A DNA stretch of 64,000 nucleotides from Thermoproteota archaeon. GTDB taxonomy: Archaea; Asgardarchaeota; Jordiarchaeia; Jordiarchaeales; Freyrarchaeaceae. The notes under the pieces were generated by a model. That model saw nothing but the letters and a program-made list of their open reading frames with translations, was not told the origin of the DNA and did no database searches. Of this stretch, positions 10,948 through 21,000 are shown piece after piece. The DNA lies in NCBI GenBank assembly GCA_029258835.1, contig JAPDJY010000035.1:1-64000 (forward strand), read 5' to 3'. Both the position numbers and the translations under genes were made by a program. Within the stretch, counting starts at the first letter, position 1, and each line of letters opens with the position of its first letter.

Positions 10948-12300
10948 GTGAACGTGGAGGAGGAAATCGGCATCCTTTTCTTCATGACCGATACTCCCGG
11001 CGTGGGCGGCCGCCTCAGGGTTAGACTGGAGGATTTCATCGTGGAGGAGGTTACCCCTGAAGGGAGGATCCTTAGGTTTGGAATGGAAGAGAAGGGTGGA
11101 GGAGGGGTGGAGGAGAAGGGTGGAGGAGACTACTGCGTCTTCATCGTTGAAAGGTACGGGGGATACGACACTTTTGAAACCGTAAGAGTGCTTGCTAGGA
11201 CTTTAGGGGTTAGCAGGAAAAGGTTCTCTTACGCGGGGGTTAAAGATAAGAGGGCGGTGGCTGTTCAGAGAATGAGCGTGTGGAGGGTTGACCCGGAAAG
11301 GTTGAGGAGGGTCAGGGTTAAGGGTTTAACGATAAGGGAGGTTTGCCGTTCAAGCGAGAAGGTTAGGCTGGGCGGACTCCTAGGTAACAGGTTTAAGGTG
11401 AATGTGAGAGAGGTCAGGTTGCCCCTCTACAGGGCTGAGGAGAGGGTTGTAAGGATCATTGAGGAACTGAAAAGTAAAGGGGGGATGCCGAACTTTTACG
11501 GGCATCAAAGGTTTGGGGTTGTGAGGCCCTTAACACATGTTGTCGGGCTGAAGATTTTAAGGGGAGACTATGAGGGGGCGGCGATGGACTTCCTAGCTAA
11601 GGTTTACCCTTTAGAGGGGGAGGATGCTAAGGACGCTAGGGCGCACCTTCTAGAAACAGGAGACTTTAAGGAGGCATTAAGAAGGTTTCCCGAGAGGCTG
11701 CGCTATGAAAGGGCGATGCTTAACCATCTGGTTAATTCCCCTAGAGACTATGTAGGGGCCTTCAGAAGGCTTCCGCGGGGATTAACTAGAATGTTCATTC
11801 ACGCCGCTCAATCCTACATTTTCAACTTAACGTTGAGTCTGCGGAAAAGGGAGGGGTTGCCGTTGAACACCGTCCTGGAAGGAGACTACGCTGCAATCCT
11901 ACTTAGAGGTGTTCCCAGCACGTTCATAAAGGTGGACGGTGGAAACGTCGAGAAGGTTAGAGCGCTGATCAGTAAGGGAAGAGCTGCATTAGCTCTCCCG
12001 GTGGTGGGCTACGACACCGTTATCCCGCCGGACAGCCCTTCAAGAAAGCTTGTGGAGGAAGTGCTTTCAAAAGTGGGAGTAACCATGGAGATGTTTAGGG
12101 TGCCGTCGATGCCCGAGTTAGCTGCTAGAGGAGGGTTCAGGACGGCGCTGGTTAACCCTCAAGCGTTAAGTGTCGCAAGGGTTTCAAGGGATAAGATGGG
12201 GGGCGGAGTCATGGTAAGGCTTGTCTTCACGCTTCCGAAAGGAAGCTATGCTACGTGCCTGCTCCGTGAAGTGATGAAAACCGACCCTGCAAAATATTAA
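10948..12300 (+). CDS. truD: tRNA pseudouridine(13) synthase TruD
   Basis: EDFIVEE, YAGVKDKRA, GNRF, PNFYGHQRFG, FTLPKGSYAT. Confidence 0.97.
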   Translation: MNVEEEIGILFFMTDTPGVGGRLRVRLEDFIVEEVTPEGRILRFGMEEKGGGGVEEKGGGDYCVFIVERYGGYDTFETVRVLARTLGVSRKRFSYAGVKDKRAVAVQRMSVWRVDPERLRRVRVKGLTIREVCRSSEKVRLGGLLGNRFKVNVREVRLPLYRAEERVVRIIEELKSKGGMPNFYGHQRFGVVRPLTHVVGLKILRGDYEGAAMDFLAKVYPLEGEDAKDARAHLLETGDFKEALRRFPERLRYERAMLNHLVNSPRDYVGAFRRLPRGLTRMFIHAAQSYIFNLTLSLRKREGLPLNTVLEGDYAAILLRGVPSTFIKVDGGNVEKVRALISKGRAALALPVVGYDTVIPPDSPSRKLVEEVLSKVGVTMEMFRVPSMPELAARGGFRTALVNPQALSVARVSRDKMGGGVMVRLVFTLPKGSYATCLLREVMKTDPAKY

Positions 12301-12389
12301 TAATGCGAGCTTACCCAACACCATCCAAAGCCGAAAAATGCTAAAGTTGTACGGTGACGTTTGGCCATCTTCTTGAAGGGGTGAAGTAG

Positions 12390-13700
12390 GTGCTTGAGGA
12401 GCTCGGCGGGCTGAGAAGGACACATTACTCAAACCAGATAAAGCCGGAAATAGATGGCGAAGAGGTAACCGTCTGTGGATGGGTTGAGAGAGTAAGGGAC
12501 TTGGGGGGTCTCAGGTTTCTCGTTTTAAGGGATAAAGAGGGGAAGGTGCAAGTTACCTTCTCCAAGAAGGACACGGAGTTATTCGAGAAGTCTAAGGGCC
12601 TCGGTAAAGAGTACGTGGTTGCTGTACGTGGCAGGGTTAAGGCTGTGAAGAATGCGCCCGGAGGGGCGGAGATAATACCGTTAGAGTTAAAGATTCTAAA
12701 TTACGCTGTTTCGCCTCTCCCCCTAGACCCAACTGGCAGGGTAGAAGCCAACTTGGATACAAGGCTAGACAACAGGGTGCTAGACCTTAGACGGCCAAAA
12801 GTGAATGCAATATTCAGGATAAGGCATGAAGTTCTTCAAAGCATAAGGGAATTTTTCCTGAAAGAGGGCTTCATAGAGGTACAAACTCCTAAAATAATCG
12901 CTTCAGCAACCGAAGGCGGAGCAGAGCTCTTTCCAATATCTTATTATGAGAAAGAAGCGTTTCTAAGCCAGTCTGCTCAGCTCTATAAGGAGCAGCTATC
13001 AAGCGTCTTCGAAAAGGTCTTTGAAATAGGGCCGTGCTACCGGGCTGAGGAAAGCAGAACTGTCAGGCATTTAAGCGAGGTTTACGTGGTGGACGTTGAA
13101 GTAGCGTTCGCAGAGGCTGACGACGTGATGCGTATTCTCGAAGAGCTCATCTACTACGTTCTCAGGAAGGTATCAAAGAACTGCAGAAGCGAACTGGAAC
13201 TACTGGGGAGAAAGATAAAGGGGCAGAAGCCACCCTTCCCCAAGTACACGTATTCCGAGATTATCAGCATGCTGAAGGAGAAGGGGGTCACGATTAACTG
13301 GGGGGAAGATATATCTACACCGGCATACCGTGAACTTGGAAAAATAATCGGGAACTTCTACTTCATAACAGAGTGGCCAACCAAGGGGAAGCCATTTTAC
13401 ATAAAGCCAAGAAGGGATAACCCGGAAATATGTGAAGCATTCGACTTAATGTATGGCTGGCTTGAGCTGGCATCAGGAGGGACTAGAATTCACGATAAGG
13501 AGATGCTTATCAGAAGACTTAAAGAGCAAAACCTTGACCCAGCATCCTTCGGGTTCCACCTTAAAACCTTTGACTGGGGGATGCCGCCTCACGCAGGATG
13601 GGGACTCGGATTAGACAGGTTAATGATGACCATAACGGGGGCAGAAAACATAAGGGAATGTGTGTTTTACCCGAGAGACAGAGACAGGCTTATACCTTAA
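12390..13700 (+). CDS. aspS: aspartyl-tRNA synthetase (archaeal type)
   Basis: RTHYS OB fold, RLDNRVLDLR, ATEGGAELF, GMPPHAGWGLGLDRL. Confidence 0.97.
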   Translation: MLEELGGLRRTHYSNQIKPEIDGEEVTVCGWVERVRDLGGLRFLVLRDKEGKVQVTFSKKDTELFEKSKGLGKEYVVAVRGRVKAVKNAPGGAEIIPLELKILNYAVSPLPLDPTGRVEANLDTRLDNRVLDLRRPKVNAIFRIRHEVLQSIREFFLKEGFIEVQTPKIIASATEGGAELFPISYYEKEAFLSQSAQLYKEQLSSVFEKVFEIGPCYRAEESRTVRHLSEVYVVDVEVAFAEADDVMRILEELIYYVLRKVSKNCRSELELLGRKIKGQKPPFPKYTYSEIISMLKEKGVTINWGEDISTPAYRELGKIIGNFYFITEWPTKGKPFYIKPRRDNPEICEAFDLMYGWLELASGGTRIHDKEMLIRRLKEQNLDPASFGFHLKTFDWGMPPHAGWGLGLDRLMMTITGAENIRECVFYPRDRDRLIP

Positions 13701-13707
13701 TGCCGCC

Positions 13708-14214
13708 TTATTCAAAGACGAACCTAACCTTTTCACCAGTTAACTGGTTAATGACCGTCTCCAGCACACGAGTCGAAGCAGGCAACCTTTTACTGTCAGA
13801 TTGACGTACACGGATTTTCTTCTCATTTGTTCCATCAGGAAGCCAGACCGTGTTAACCCCCAGAAGACTTGCTGGAGCGATTATGTCCTCAATTATTTTC
13901 TTCAGCGAAGAGGATTCCTCGATCACGCGGACCTTTCTGCCAAGCTCGTCACTTAAGCTTTTAATTATGCGCCCCTTAGGCCCTATCAGGTTGGGAATAT
14001 CACCTTGCCCGACAACTATGATAACTAGGTTATTCGACTCTATTGCTTTAACAAACTTAACGTCTTTGAGGCTGGAGAAGCGCTCCTCAAGCTCGGTTAG
14101 ATATCTAGCTATTTTAATATCGAGCTCGCTAACCTCGCCACTATCCACTTTCTCTTGGCAACGTGAGCATAGAACGCCACTTTTCAGGCAAAACGTGCAA
14201 ATCGGCGTCTTCAT
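13708..14214 (-). CDS. NusA-like KH-domain protein with N-terminal Zn finger
   Basis: MKTPICTFCLKSGVLCSRC; KH motif LIGPKG. Confidence 0.85.
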   Translation of the reverse strand: MKTPICTFCLKSGVLCSRCQEKVDSGEVSELDIKIARYLTELEERFSSLKDVKFVKAIESNNLVIIVVGQGDIPNLIGPKGRIIKSLSDELGRKVRVIEESSSLKKIIEDIIAPASLLGVNTVWLPDGTNEKKIRVRQSDSKRLPASTRVLETVINQLTGEKVRFVFE

Positions 14215-14318
14215 CAGCCAGATCTCCGCTCCAACCTTGCGATTAACAAAAGGAAGACATCCTTAAAAAATTTTCTTTGAAGCGAGCCTACACCCACTCC
14301 TCAGTCCAACCCATTGAG

Positions 14319-14342
14319 GGAACCTATCAAGGAACCTATCAA
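14319..14342. repeat. 12-bp tandem duplication GGAACCTATCAA x2
   Basis: direct reading. Confidence 0.7.
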
Positions 14343-14539
14343 GTTTAAAATAGGCAGCCAACTTATAAATAAATGAAGCTCAAGTTGAAGGTTAGCAACG
14401 TGATGCAAAACAACAACTGTTTAATTCGCTGTCGCCGCTAAGTCCCCTTGCGAAAGCGAGGGAATACAGCAGGGGAGGTGGCGGGGGTAGGCTGAAGGTA
14501 AGTTTTATTTTATATAGTTTTACTGAAAGACCTACAACT

Positions 14540-14955
14540 ATGAAATACAAACTTGACAGAGATGCTCACTCAGTTACTCTCTTCACTATCACTTCATCTT
14601 CGTAGTAAAGTATTGCAGGAAAGTTTTTACTAACGACAAAATTATTGATTTCCTCAAACAGAAGATTCACGAAATCTCCGAAACGTCTGGAGTTGAAGTT
14701 CTTGCCATAGAGTGCGATGTAGATCACGTCCACATCTTATTCAAAGCGAAACCACTCTAAACATCCCTAAAATACATAAACGCTCTGAAGACTATAACTT
14801 CAAGGGAGATAAGGCGGAAGTTTCCGGAGGTAAAGAAGAAGTTGTGGAAAAACGTTTTCTGGTCTCCGTCATACTTCTTAGCGACGACCGGACAGGTAAC
14901 TCTTGATGTGTTGAAGAAATACGTAGAATCGCAGGGTGAAAGAGATGCTAATTAG
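14540..14955 (+). pseudogene. tnpA: IS200/IS605 Y1 (HUH) transposase TnpA, frameshifted
   Basis: Reconstructed HSVYSLHYHFIFVVKY..DHVHILF..FWSPSYFLATTG..KKYVESQ across frameshifts. Confidence 0.9.
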
Positions 14956-15798
14956 CTACAAGTTCCGCCTCTATCTTTCTAAAACTGTTCAGCAGGCTCT
15001 GAATGAACAGCTTGAGCTATGTCGTGGCTGTATAATCGCTTACTTGGAGAAATCAACAGAGCAAGGAAAGAAGGCAGAAAAATAACGTGGAAAGATACTC
15101 AGGCTCTAATCGTGAAGTTCAAGCGAGAAAAACCAGAGCTAAAGAACGTTTACTCTAAAGTTTTGCAGATGGTAAACTACCGGCTAGGTCAAACATTAAA
15201 GCGTTAAACGAGCTGAAAAAGAAGGGGAGGAGAGTTGGCTGGCTTCGCTACAAGACTTCTCCTAATTCGTTCAAGACTCTCAATTTCAATCAGTCAGGTT
15301 TCAAAATCGACTTTGAGAGGAGGAAGCTTATACTTTCAAAAGTCGGTGAAATTCCGATAAAGCTCCATAGACCAATTACAGGCGGAAAGGGTGTAATCGT
15401 CAAGAGAACTAAAACTGGAAAGTGGTTCGCCATAGTGCAAGCAGAAGTCGATGAAGAATCTCTACCTAAAACTGGCAGAGCTGTTGGAATAGATGTAGGT
15501 ATTCATCACTTCTGCATAGATTCTGATGGATTAACATTCGAGAATCCCAAGTTCATCTATAGAACGCTTGAAAAGATAAAGAGAGTCCAGAAACAGTTGT
15601 CGAGAAAGCAAAGAGGTTCGAATAGAAGGGAGAAAGTTAGGCTAAAACTGGCTAAGCTCTACGAAAAACCGAACAATCAGCGCTTAGACTTTCTGCACAA
15701 GTTATCTCGCTATTACATCAACAAACGATGTAATCTGCGTTGAAGATCTGGATGTGAAAGATTTGGTTGAAAATGGAAAATCCTCTACACTAAATAGG
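14945..15798 (+). pseudogene. tnpB: IS605 TnpB, N-terminal/central part, multiple frameshifts
   Basis: MLISYKFRLY start, RuvC-I VGIDVG, RuvC-II VEDL, ends at ENGKSSTLNR junction. Confidence 0.9.
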
Positions 15799-16576
15799 CT
15801 TGCTCTATGATTTGGTTAGCAACTTTATGATAGATGCCCTCAACTCTACGTTTTTCTCTACCTCGGTATTTGGCTAAGAGTCTCTGTTTGCGTTTCCCAT
15901 ATTTTATGGCTGATTGGACTCTACGCCTCTTTAGGAAGTATGCAGTTCTGATTGGTCTTTCACGGGTTATTATTTGCTTAAAGCCATTTGGAAACGCTAT
16001 GGTTACGTTATTCTCGTTCACGTCTATAGCTAGGGCTCTACCATTAGGCTCCCTAAGCTCAACAACCTTCCTAAACACAACCTTAAGCCATAGTTCATGG
16101 CCACGCTTGACAAGCCACCCCTGTCCTAGCTTCATGGTCTCGAACTTCTCGTGACACTGACCATGAAGTAGTCTAAACTTCACACGGCCCTGAGGTGTGG
16201 CTATTGTTGCTATCCAACTCCTAAGGTCTAGGCTAAAGAGATGATCATCCAACATTATTGTGCTCTTTCTGAAGGCGGGCTTACCATCCTTAGCTCTGCC
16301 ACGCCTCTTTAGTTTCCTAAATGCCCTATAGATGGAGCAAGCCATTTGACAAGCTGTATAGATGTAGTGAGACGGTAAATCTGGGAATTTTCTCCTAAAC
16401 TCGTAGTATTTACTTGTTTTTAATCTTTTGAAGCTTGTTATGTGGTTCTTGTGGGCGAATTCTAACAATTCATTAACCATGCCCATAAACGTGGAGAATA
16501 GAGGCTCAACCCTACTTGAATCCCCATCCAACTTGAAGTTGGCGGTAAGTTTAATCATCTCTGAGGGCGTGTTCAA
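15785..16576 (-). pseudogene. tnpB: IS607 TnpB, C-terminally truncated
   Basis: LPSHYIYTACQMA, RuvC-I LAIDVN, YHKVANQII then abrupt stop; RuvC-II/III and Zn ribbon absent. Confidence 0.85.
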
Positions 16577-17230
16577 GCGCCTCCACCACCTTGCGCTTCT
16601 TATGGCTTCTCACGCCATAGAGGCGCCCAGCAAAAGATGTTACTATAGCTATCAGATCTTCCACAAGTTCTTTCTGCGGCTCCTTCTCCACTTCACCATC
16701 AACTACATGAATTACCACACCATAAGAGGAAAAGAATCGTTCAATGTAGGAGAAACCAAATCTTGTTAATCTATCTTTATAAGTTACGAATACAGCGCCT
16801 ATCTCACCATTAGTTACCAAGTCGAAAAGTTTCTTGAGACCTCTACGTCTCTCATTAAGACCAGAAGCTACGTCATCCAATACAATGACATCTTCATAGC
16901 CCTTAGACCTAGCAAACTCTATTAAGCGATTCTTCTGTCTTTCTAAGTCATCCTTCTGGTCTGCTGAACTAACCCTAGCATAAACAACAGCTTTCCGTTT
17001 AGGGACTAAGCCAAGTAGACGCCTAACTTCACTCTCAGGATATCGGTAACGTCCACCTGGAGTTTTAATGAACTTAATCTTACCTGAGTATGTCCACTTC
17101 TTAACTGCAGTATAAGAGACTCCAAATATCTTAGCAACTTCACCCGTACTAAGCAACCTTTCTCGTTTCATCAAGGGTTATTGAAGTTATGAAGGTTATT
17201 AAACTTTACGCTTCCATGATACCGCTTCAG
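15790..17230 (-). mobile_element. IS607-family element, right part missing
   Basis: Serine-recombinase tnpA plus overlapping tnpB; left end near CTGAAGCGG (17230) with short ATAAC(C/T)T-like direct repeats upstream of tnpA. Confidence 0.85.
16551..17174 (-). CDS. tnpA: IS607 serine transposase TnpA (MerR-type HTH + resolvase domain)
   Basis: LLSTGEVAK HTH, TPGGRYRY, YARVSS, VASGLN, DRLTRFG, SFAGRLYG. Confidence 0.96.
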   Translation of the reverse strand: MMKRERLLSTGEVAKIFGVSYTAVKKWTYSGKIKFIKTPGGRYRYPESEVRRLLGLVPKRKAVVYARVSSADQKDDLERQKNRLIEFARSKGYEDVIVLDDVASGLNERRRGLKKLFDLVTNGEIGAVFVTYKDRLTRFGFSYIERFFSSYGVVIHVVDGEVEKEPQKELVEDLIAIVTSFAGRLYGVRSHKKRKVVEALEHALRDD

Positions 17231-17567
17231 AACCACAAACTACTTCCTTGAAATAAAAATAGTAAATACTAATAAGGGTGTAATCCAGTATATCTACGAT
17301 GCTCTAAAAGTTGGGCATATTTCAAAAAAGCCAGATAAAAGGGGGCACAGAACTCAATGGTGCTGGGTAGCCAATTCAAATGAGGCATCTTATGTATTAA
17401 ACTTACTCCTTCCATACCTTAAAGCCAAAAAAGAACAGGCAAAATTGGCAATAGAGTTTCAGTCGAAATTGAAAAACAGGAAAAACTCAGAACCACTAAC
17501 AACAAGTGAAATTGAAGAAAGAGAGAGGATTAGAGAAAAAATAATGCAATTAAATAAAGGTGGGTGA
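17229..17567 (+). pseudogene. LAGLIDADG homing endonuclease fragment (N-terminal motif lost)
   Basis: Open frame without start: YFLEIKIVNTNKGVIQYI..GHI..QWCW..LLPYLKAKKEQAKLAIEFQ..IMQLNKGG*; AT-rich; not in ORF track. Confidence 0.75.
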
Positions 17568-17579
17568 TGTGAAGTTAAG

Positions 17580-17876
17580 AAAGCTGGTAGGCGGGTGGTG
17601 AGAGTTAAGGCTGCGAATACATCTAAAAGGTGTGCAAGATGTGGTTACATTGTAGGTGACTTAAAATTAAGTAACAGATGGTTTGTCTGTCCTAAATGCG
17701 GATGGGAGGCGGACAGAGATTACAACGCCTCCCTAAACATCTTAGATGTGGAGCTGGGACGGCCCCGAACGCCGGTGGAGGGAGAACCTTTACCCCTCGT
17801 GATTAGCCATAGAAGCATGATCGAGGGGCAAGTTCTCTCGATGAAGCGGGAAGCCTCGTCCGTCAGGGCGGGGTAG
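17580..17876 (+). pseudogene. tnpB: IS605 TnpB, C-terminal part
   Basis: KAGRRVVRV..NTSKRCARCG..CPKCG..DRDYNASLNI (Zn ribbon, RuvC-III). Confidence 0.9.
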
Positions 17877-17960
17877 TTCACTTCGCTCTTCAAAAAAAAG
17901 TTTAACTAAAGAATGAAAGACCTGTTTTAAGAGGGAAATGGTAACTTGAGGATTACTTTG

Positions 17961-18494
17961 CTATTTTTTGAGGAGTGAAACCAGTTCATCCATTATCGCT
18001 TTCCAGTCCTTGGGGTTTAAGTTGGCGAAGCTCCAGTCAGCGTTGGGATGATACTCCCTATCGAGACTTATCGTTTCAACGTCTGAAAAATGCTTTAATG
18101 CTGAAAGGGACTGGCTTTGCGTATAGTAGAGGCCGCCCAGGTATAGGGCAAGGTCGGGCTTGCCTTCACCGTCAAATCCTTTCCAGCTGGGATCCCTTAA
18201 ACGGTTTGAGATGTCAGCTAGACCCATAGAGACCACGTTGGGAAATCCTGCATCTATAAATTCTTTGACTACATGGGCTGTCGCCACGATCGGAATTCCA
18301 GCTTTCCCCATCTCGATAGCGTACTCAATAAGTTTTTTCCCTTCAACTTCTCTAGTAATATTGGGGCCAACGATCAAGATAGGGTTCTTTTTTCTTTTGA
18401 GGCGGGCAAGCACAACCCTTGCATTATTAATAACTTTAGCTGTTTTGGGACCTTGTATATTGCCAAGCTGCCAAGGGATAGGGCCAAGAGACAT
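17961..18494 (-). CDS. cdhB: CO dehydrogenase/acetyl-CoA synthase epsilon subunit
   Basis: PWQLGNIQGPK, NPILIVG, WKGFDGEG, TISLDREYHPNADWSF. Confidence 0.9.
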   Translation of the reverse strand: MSLGPIPWQLGNIQGPKTAKVINNARVVLARLKRKKNPILIVGPNITREVEGKKLIEYAIEMGKAGIPIVATAHVVKEFIDAGFPNVVSMGLADISNRLRDPSWKGFDGEGKPDLALYLGGLYYTQSQSLSALKHFSDVETISLDREYHPNADWSFANLNPKDWKAIMDELVSLLKK

Positions 18495-18652
18495 TTCAAC
18501 CACCACTTCTTTCACCTAGTTAACTTACGTGAAGTCTATTGATTAATTACCCTTTTAAACTATACGGTCTCTGCCTTCCACATACGATACCACCGCGACT
18601 TCTCCCAGAAAGCTTAGAAGCCATAAGTTATTTGTCAGCTTACCTTCTGGGA

Positions 18653-18919
18653 CTAGATGCGCCTGACCATCTCCACTTCTATTTCGCTTACATCGTCTAC
18701 GCTTGATATAGCCTTCTCGACGTGGGAGGCTCCACCCTCCTCCTCGGGAACCAGAATGTTCACTCTGAGAGCATTCAGCCCAAAGGCTATTGGAAGCTTT
18801 TCTGAGCTGTGAAGCTCTGTTCCCTTAGGCAGAGACGCTCTAATTTTTTCCAGCAACTGGTCTAAGGGGACATCCGTTGATACAGGGAAAACCTTAACGG
18901 TCACCACCACTTTCGCCAC
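18653..18919 (-). CDS. ef1b: translation elongation factor aEF-1 beta
   Basis: VVVTVKVFP, PIAFGLNAL; follows the DUF1610 Zn-finger gene as is typical in archaea. Confidence 0.95.
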   Translation of the reverse strand: MAKVVVTVKVFPVSTDVPLDQLLEKIRASLPKGTELHSSEKLPIAFGLNALRVNILVPEEEGGASHVEKAISSVDDVSEIEVEMVRRI

Positions 18920-18959
18920 GTAAACCCCTCCTAACACATTTAACTAACGTGAAGGAACT

Positions 18960-19136
18960 TCATGGCCCTTCAAAGTCACATACTGGGCACTTGTATGTGT
19001 TTCCAAGCTGCCTACATCTGTAACAGCGCCAAATGGTTACTTTGCCACAGTTTGGACACAAAAACTTAACGCCACCCTCATCCGGATGGATAGGCTTTGA
19101 ACAGCTACTGCATAAAGGTAATTTTACCTCTGCCAT
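18960..19136 (-). CDS. small Zn-ribbon protein (DUF1610/HVO_2753-like)
   Basis: 58 aa with CSSC, CPNCG, IWRCYRCR, YKCPVCDFEGP; below ORF-track cutoff. Confidence 0.9.
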   Translation of the reverse strand: MAEVKLPLCSSCSKPIHPDEGGVKFLCPNCGKVTIWRCYRCRQLGNTYKCPVCDFEGP

Positions 19137-19422
19137 CCTTTAGCCATCCCCTTAAAATCGCTTTGACACATTAATCATCTTTCCCTTTTAAATTTGCCTC
19201 ATTGAAGCCTTTACTCCTCTTTAAACCTGCGAGGAATTATAGCAGAGTGGCAGAGGAATCTAAAATGTCTCTTTAAGGAAGCATCTTAAAAAAGTAGAAT
19301 ACGTTTTCCATTACCTGCTTAAAGCGCCCTTACACGGATTCACGATGGCAGATCGGAGGGTATTGGCAATTTTTTTATAATGATTTCAGTTAGTTATGGT
19401 GGAACTTTCGGAGGAGACGTAA

Positions 19423-20565
19423 ATGGGCAGAGACGAACTTCTCATGATACCGGGTCCAACATTTATGGCCGAGAGGACGCTTAAAGCCATGAGTAAGCCC
19501 ATGATATCTCACAGGGGGGAAGAAACCGGCAGAATGCTAATCGAGTGTATTGAGAAATTAAAGAAGGTTTTCAGAACGGAAAACGACGTATTCATATTAA
19601 CTGCTTCAGGTACTGGCGCCATGGAGGCGGCTATTGCAAATGTGGTGGAGCCAGGTGACAGAGTCCTCTGTACAACATGTGGGAAGTTCAGCGAACGATT
19701 TAAGAAAATCGCTGAGGTATTCGGCGCTGAGGTTCTAGAGGTAGCCTCCGAATGGGGCGACGCCGTTGACCCGGAGAGAGTTAAAGAAATTCTGGATGAG
19801 CACGACGATGTTAAGGCCGTCACGGTTACCCACAATGAAACGTCTACGGGAGTAAGAAACCCTGTAGAGGAAATATCAAGAATAGTTAAGGATTATGGAA
19901 CGCTTCTCATAGTGGACGCTATTTCAAGTATGGGAGGCGATCACGTCCCGGTCGACAAATGGAACATTGATATTTGCCTGGCAGGTAGCCAGAAGTGCTT
20001 CGCGATCCCGCCGGGATTCTCGTTCATCTCGGTCTCAGACCATGCATGGGAGGTCATAAATAAGACTAGAAGAAGAACATTCTACTTTGACTTGCCAGCT
20101 TACAGGGAGAGTTTAAGGAGGAAGCCTCCGCAGACCCCGTACACGATATCGATAACGCTTCTCTACGCATTAGAGGACACATTGAAACTCATGTTCGACG
20201 AGGGATTAGATAATGTCATAGCTAGACACCATCACGTAGCTAAGATCGCAAGGGAAGGAGTCAAAGCGATGGGACTCAGGCTCTTCCCAGTAAGCGAAGA
20301 CATATGCTCAGCCACCGTTACAGCTGTTAGGCTTCCAGACGGAATAAGGGAAAAGGAGCTACGCCAAAAAGTGAGAGATTATGGCGTCGTGATCTCTGGA
20401 GGACAAGATAAGCTTTCAGGGAAAATATTCAGAATAGGGCACATGGGACGCGTTACCGAGAGGGAGATCCTAGCAACTCTACAAGCTATACAACAAGCAC
20501 TTTTAGACTTGGGAGTTAAGGTTGAAACGGACGCATATATGCAAGCTATAGAAAAAATACGGTAA
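19423..20565 (+). CDS. class V PLP aminotransferase (serine-pyruvate/alanine-glyoxylate type)
   Basis: LMIPGPT, SGTGAMEA, HNETSTG, VDAISS, GSQK, FRIGHMG. Confidence 0.93.
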   Translation: MGRDELLMIPGPTFMAERTLKAMSKPMISHRGEETGRMLIECIEKLKKVFRTENDVFILTASGTGAMEAAIANVVEPGDRVLCTTCGKFSERFKKIAEVFGAEVLEVASEWGDAVDPERVKEILDEHDDVKAVTVTHNETSTGVRNPVEEISRIVKDYGTLLIVDAISSMGGDHVPVDKWNIDICLAGSQKCFAIPPGFSFISVSDHAWEVINKTRRRTFYFDLPAYRESLRRKPPQTPYTISITLLYALEDTLKLMFDEGLDNVIARHHHVAKIAREGVKAMGLRLFPVSEDICSATVTAVRLPDGIREKELRQKVRDYGVVISGGQDKLSGKIFRIGHMGRVTEREILATLQAIQQALLDLGVKVETDAYMQAIEKIR

Positions 20566-20609
20566 GAGGCGGGGAAACAACTTCCTTTTACCCGGTTTAT
20601 TGACTGTTT

Positions 20610-20954
20610 TTATTCTACCTCGTCGCGTAGCATTGCCCTACGTCCCTTGGAGGTTAATACTACCTTATCGCCTTTAAGGTTTACGAGTCCTTCTCGCTGC
20701 ATCAGAAGGACGACGCGCTCCACTTCCCAATCCTCCGCTTTAAGACGCCTAGCTAGCTCCTCGATTGTACCTGCAAATTGAAGCGCCCTCATAACGTTCT
20801 TAAATGAAATGTCGGGTTCCTCTCTGCCGCTTTGCACAAGCCCGCAGACACTGCAAACGCGGATCCGTTGAGAAAAATCGAAGAGAACCGGGCCACCACA
20901 AGCTTCACATCTTTGCCTTGTATAACGCATGCTATAACGCCTTTCCCTTGACAA
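20610..20954 (-). CDS. Zn-ribbon + winged-helix protein
   Basis: CEACGG..CSVCG; C-terminal GTIEELARRL..GLVNLKGDKVVLTSKG. Confidence 0.7.
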   Translation of the reverse strand: MSRERRYSMRYTRQRCEACGGPVLFDFSQRIRVCSVCGLVQSGREEPDISFKNVMRALQFAGTIEELARRLKAEDWEVERVVLLMQREGLVNLKGDKVVLTSKGRRAMLRDEVE

Positions 20955-21000
20955 ATTACCACCAGCAAATCCTTAAGGGAGGCAGATATTAACCGGTTTA

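Larger units (their letters stand above)
14440..17881 (+). mobile_element. degenerate IS200/IS605-family element (tnpA+tnpB) interrupted by a nested insertion
   Basis: Left-end hairpin CCCTTGC-GAAA-GCGAGGG (~14444-14463); tnpA and tnpB remnants; right end GAAGCCTCGTCCGTCAGGGCGGGGTAGTTCAC ending at 17881; exact left boundary uncertain. Confidence 0.85.

Noticed and set aside
18603-18652. TCCCAGAA...TTCTGGGA hairpin as H/ACA RNA or SECIS
   Set aside because: No ACA box or K-turn and no in-frame UGA gene nearby; could be a terminator or processing stem
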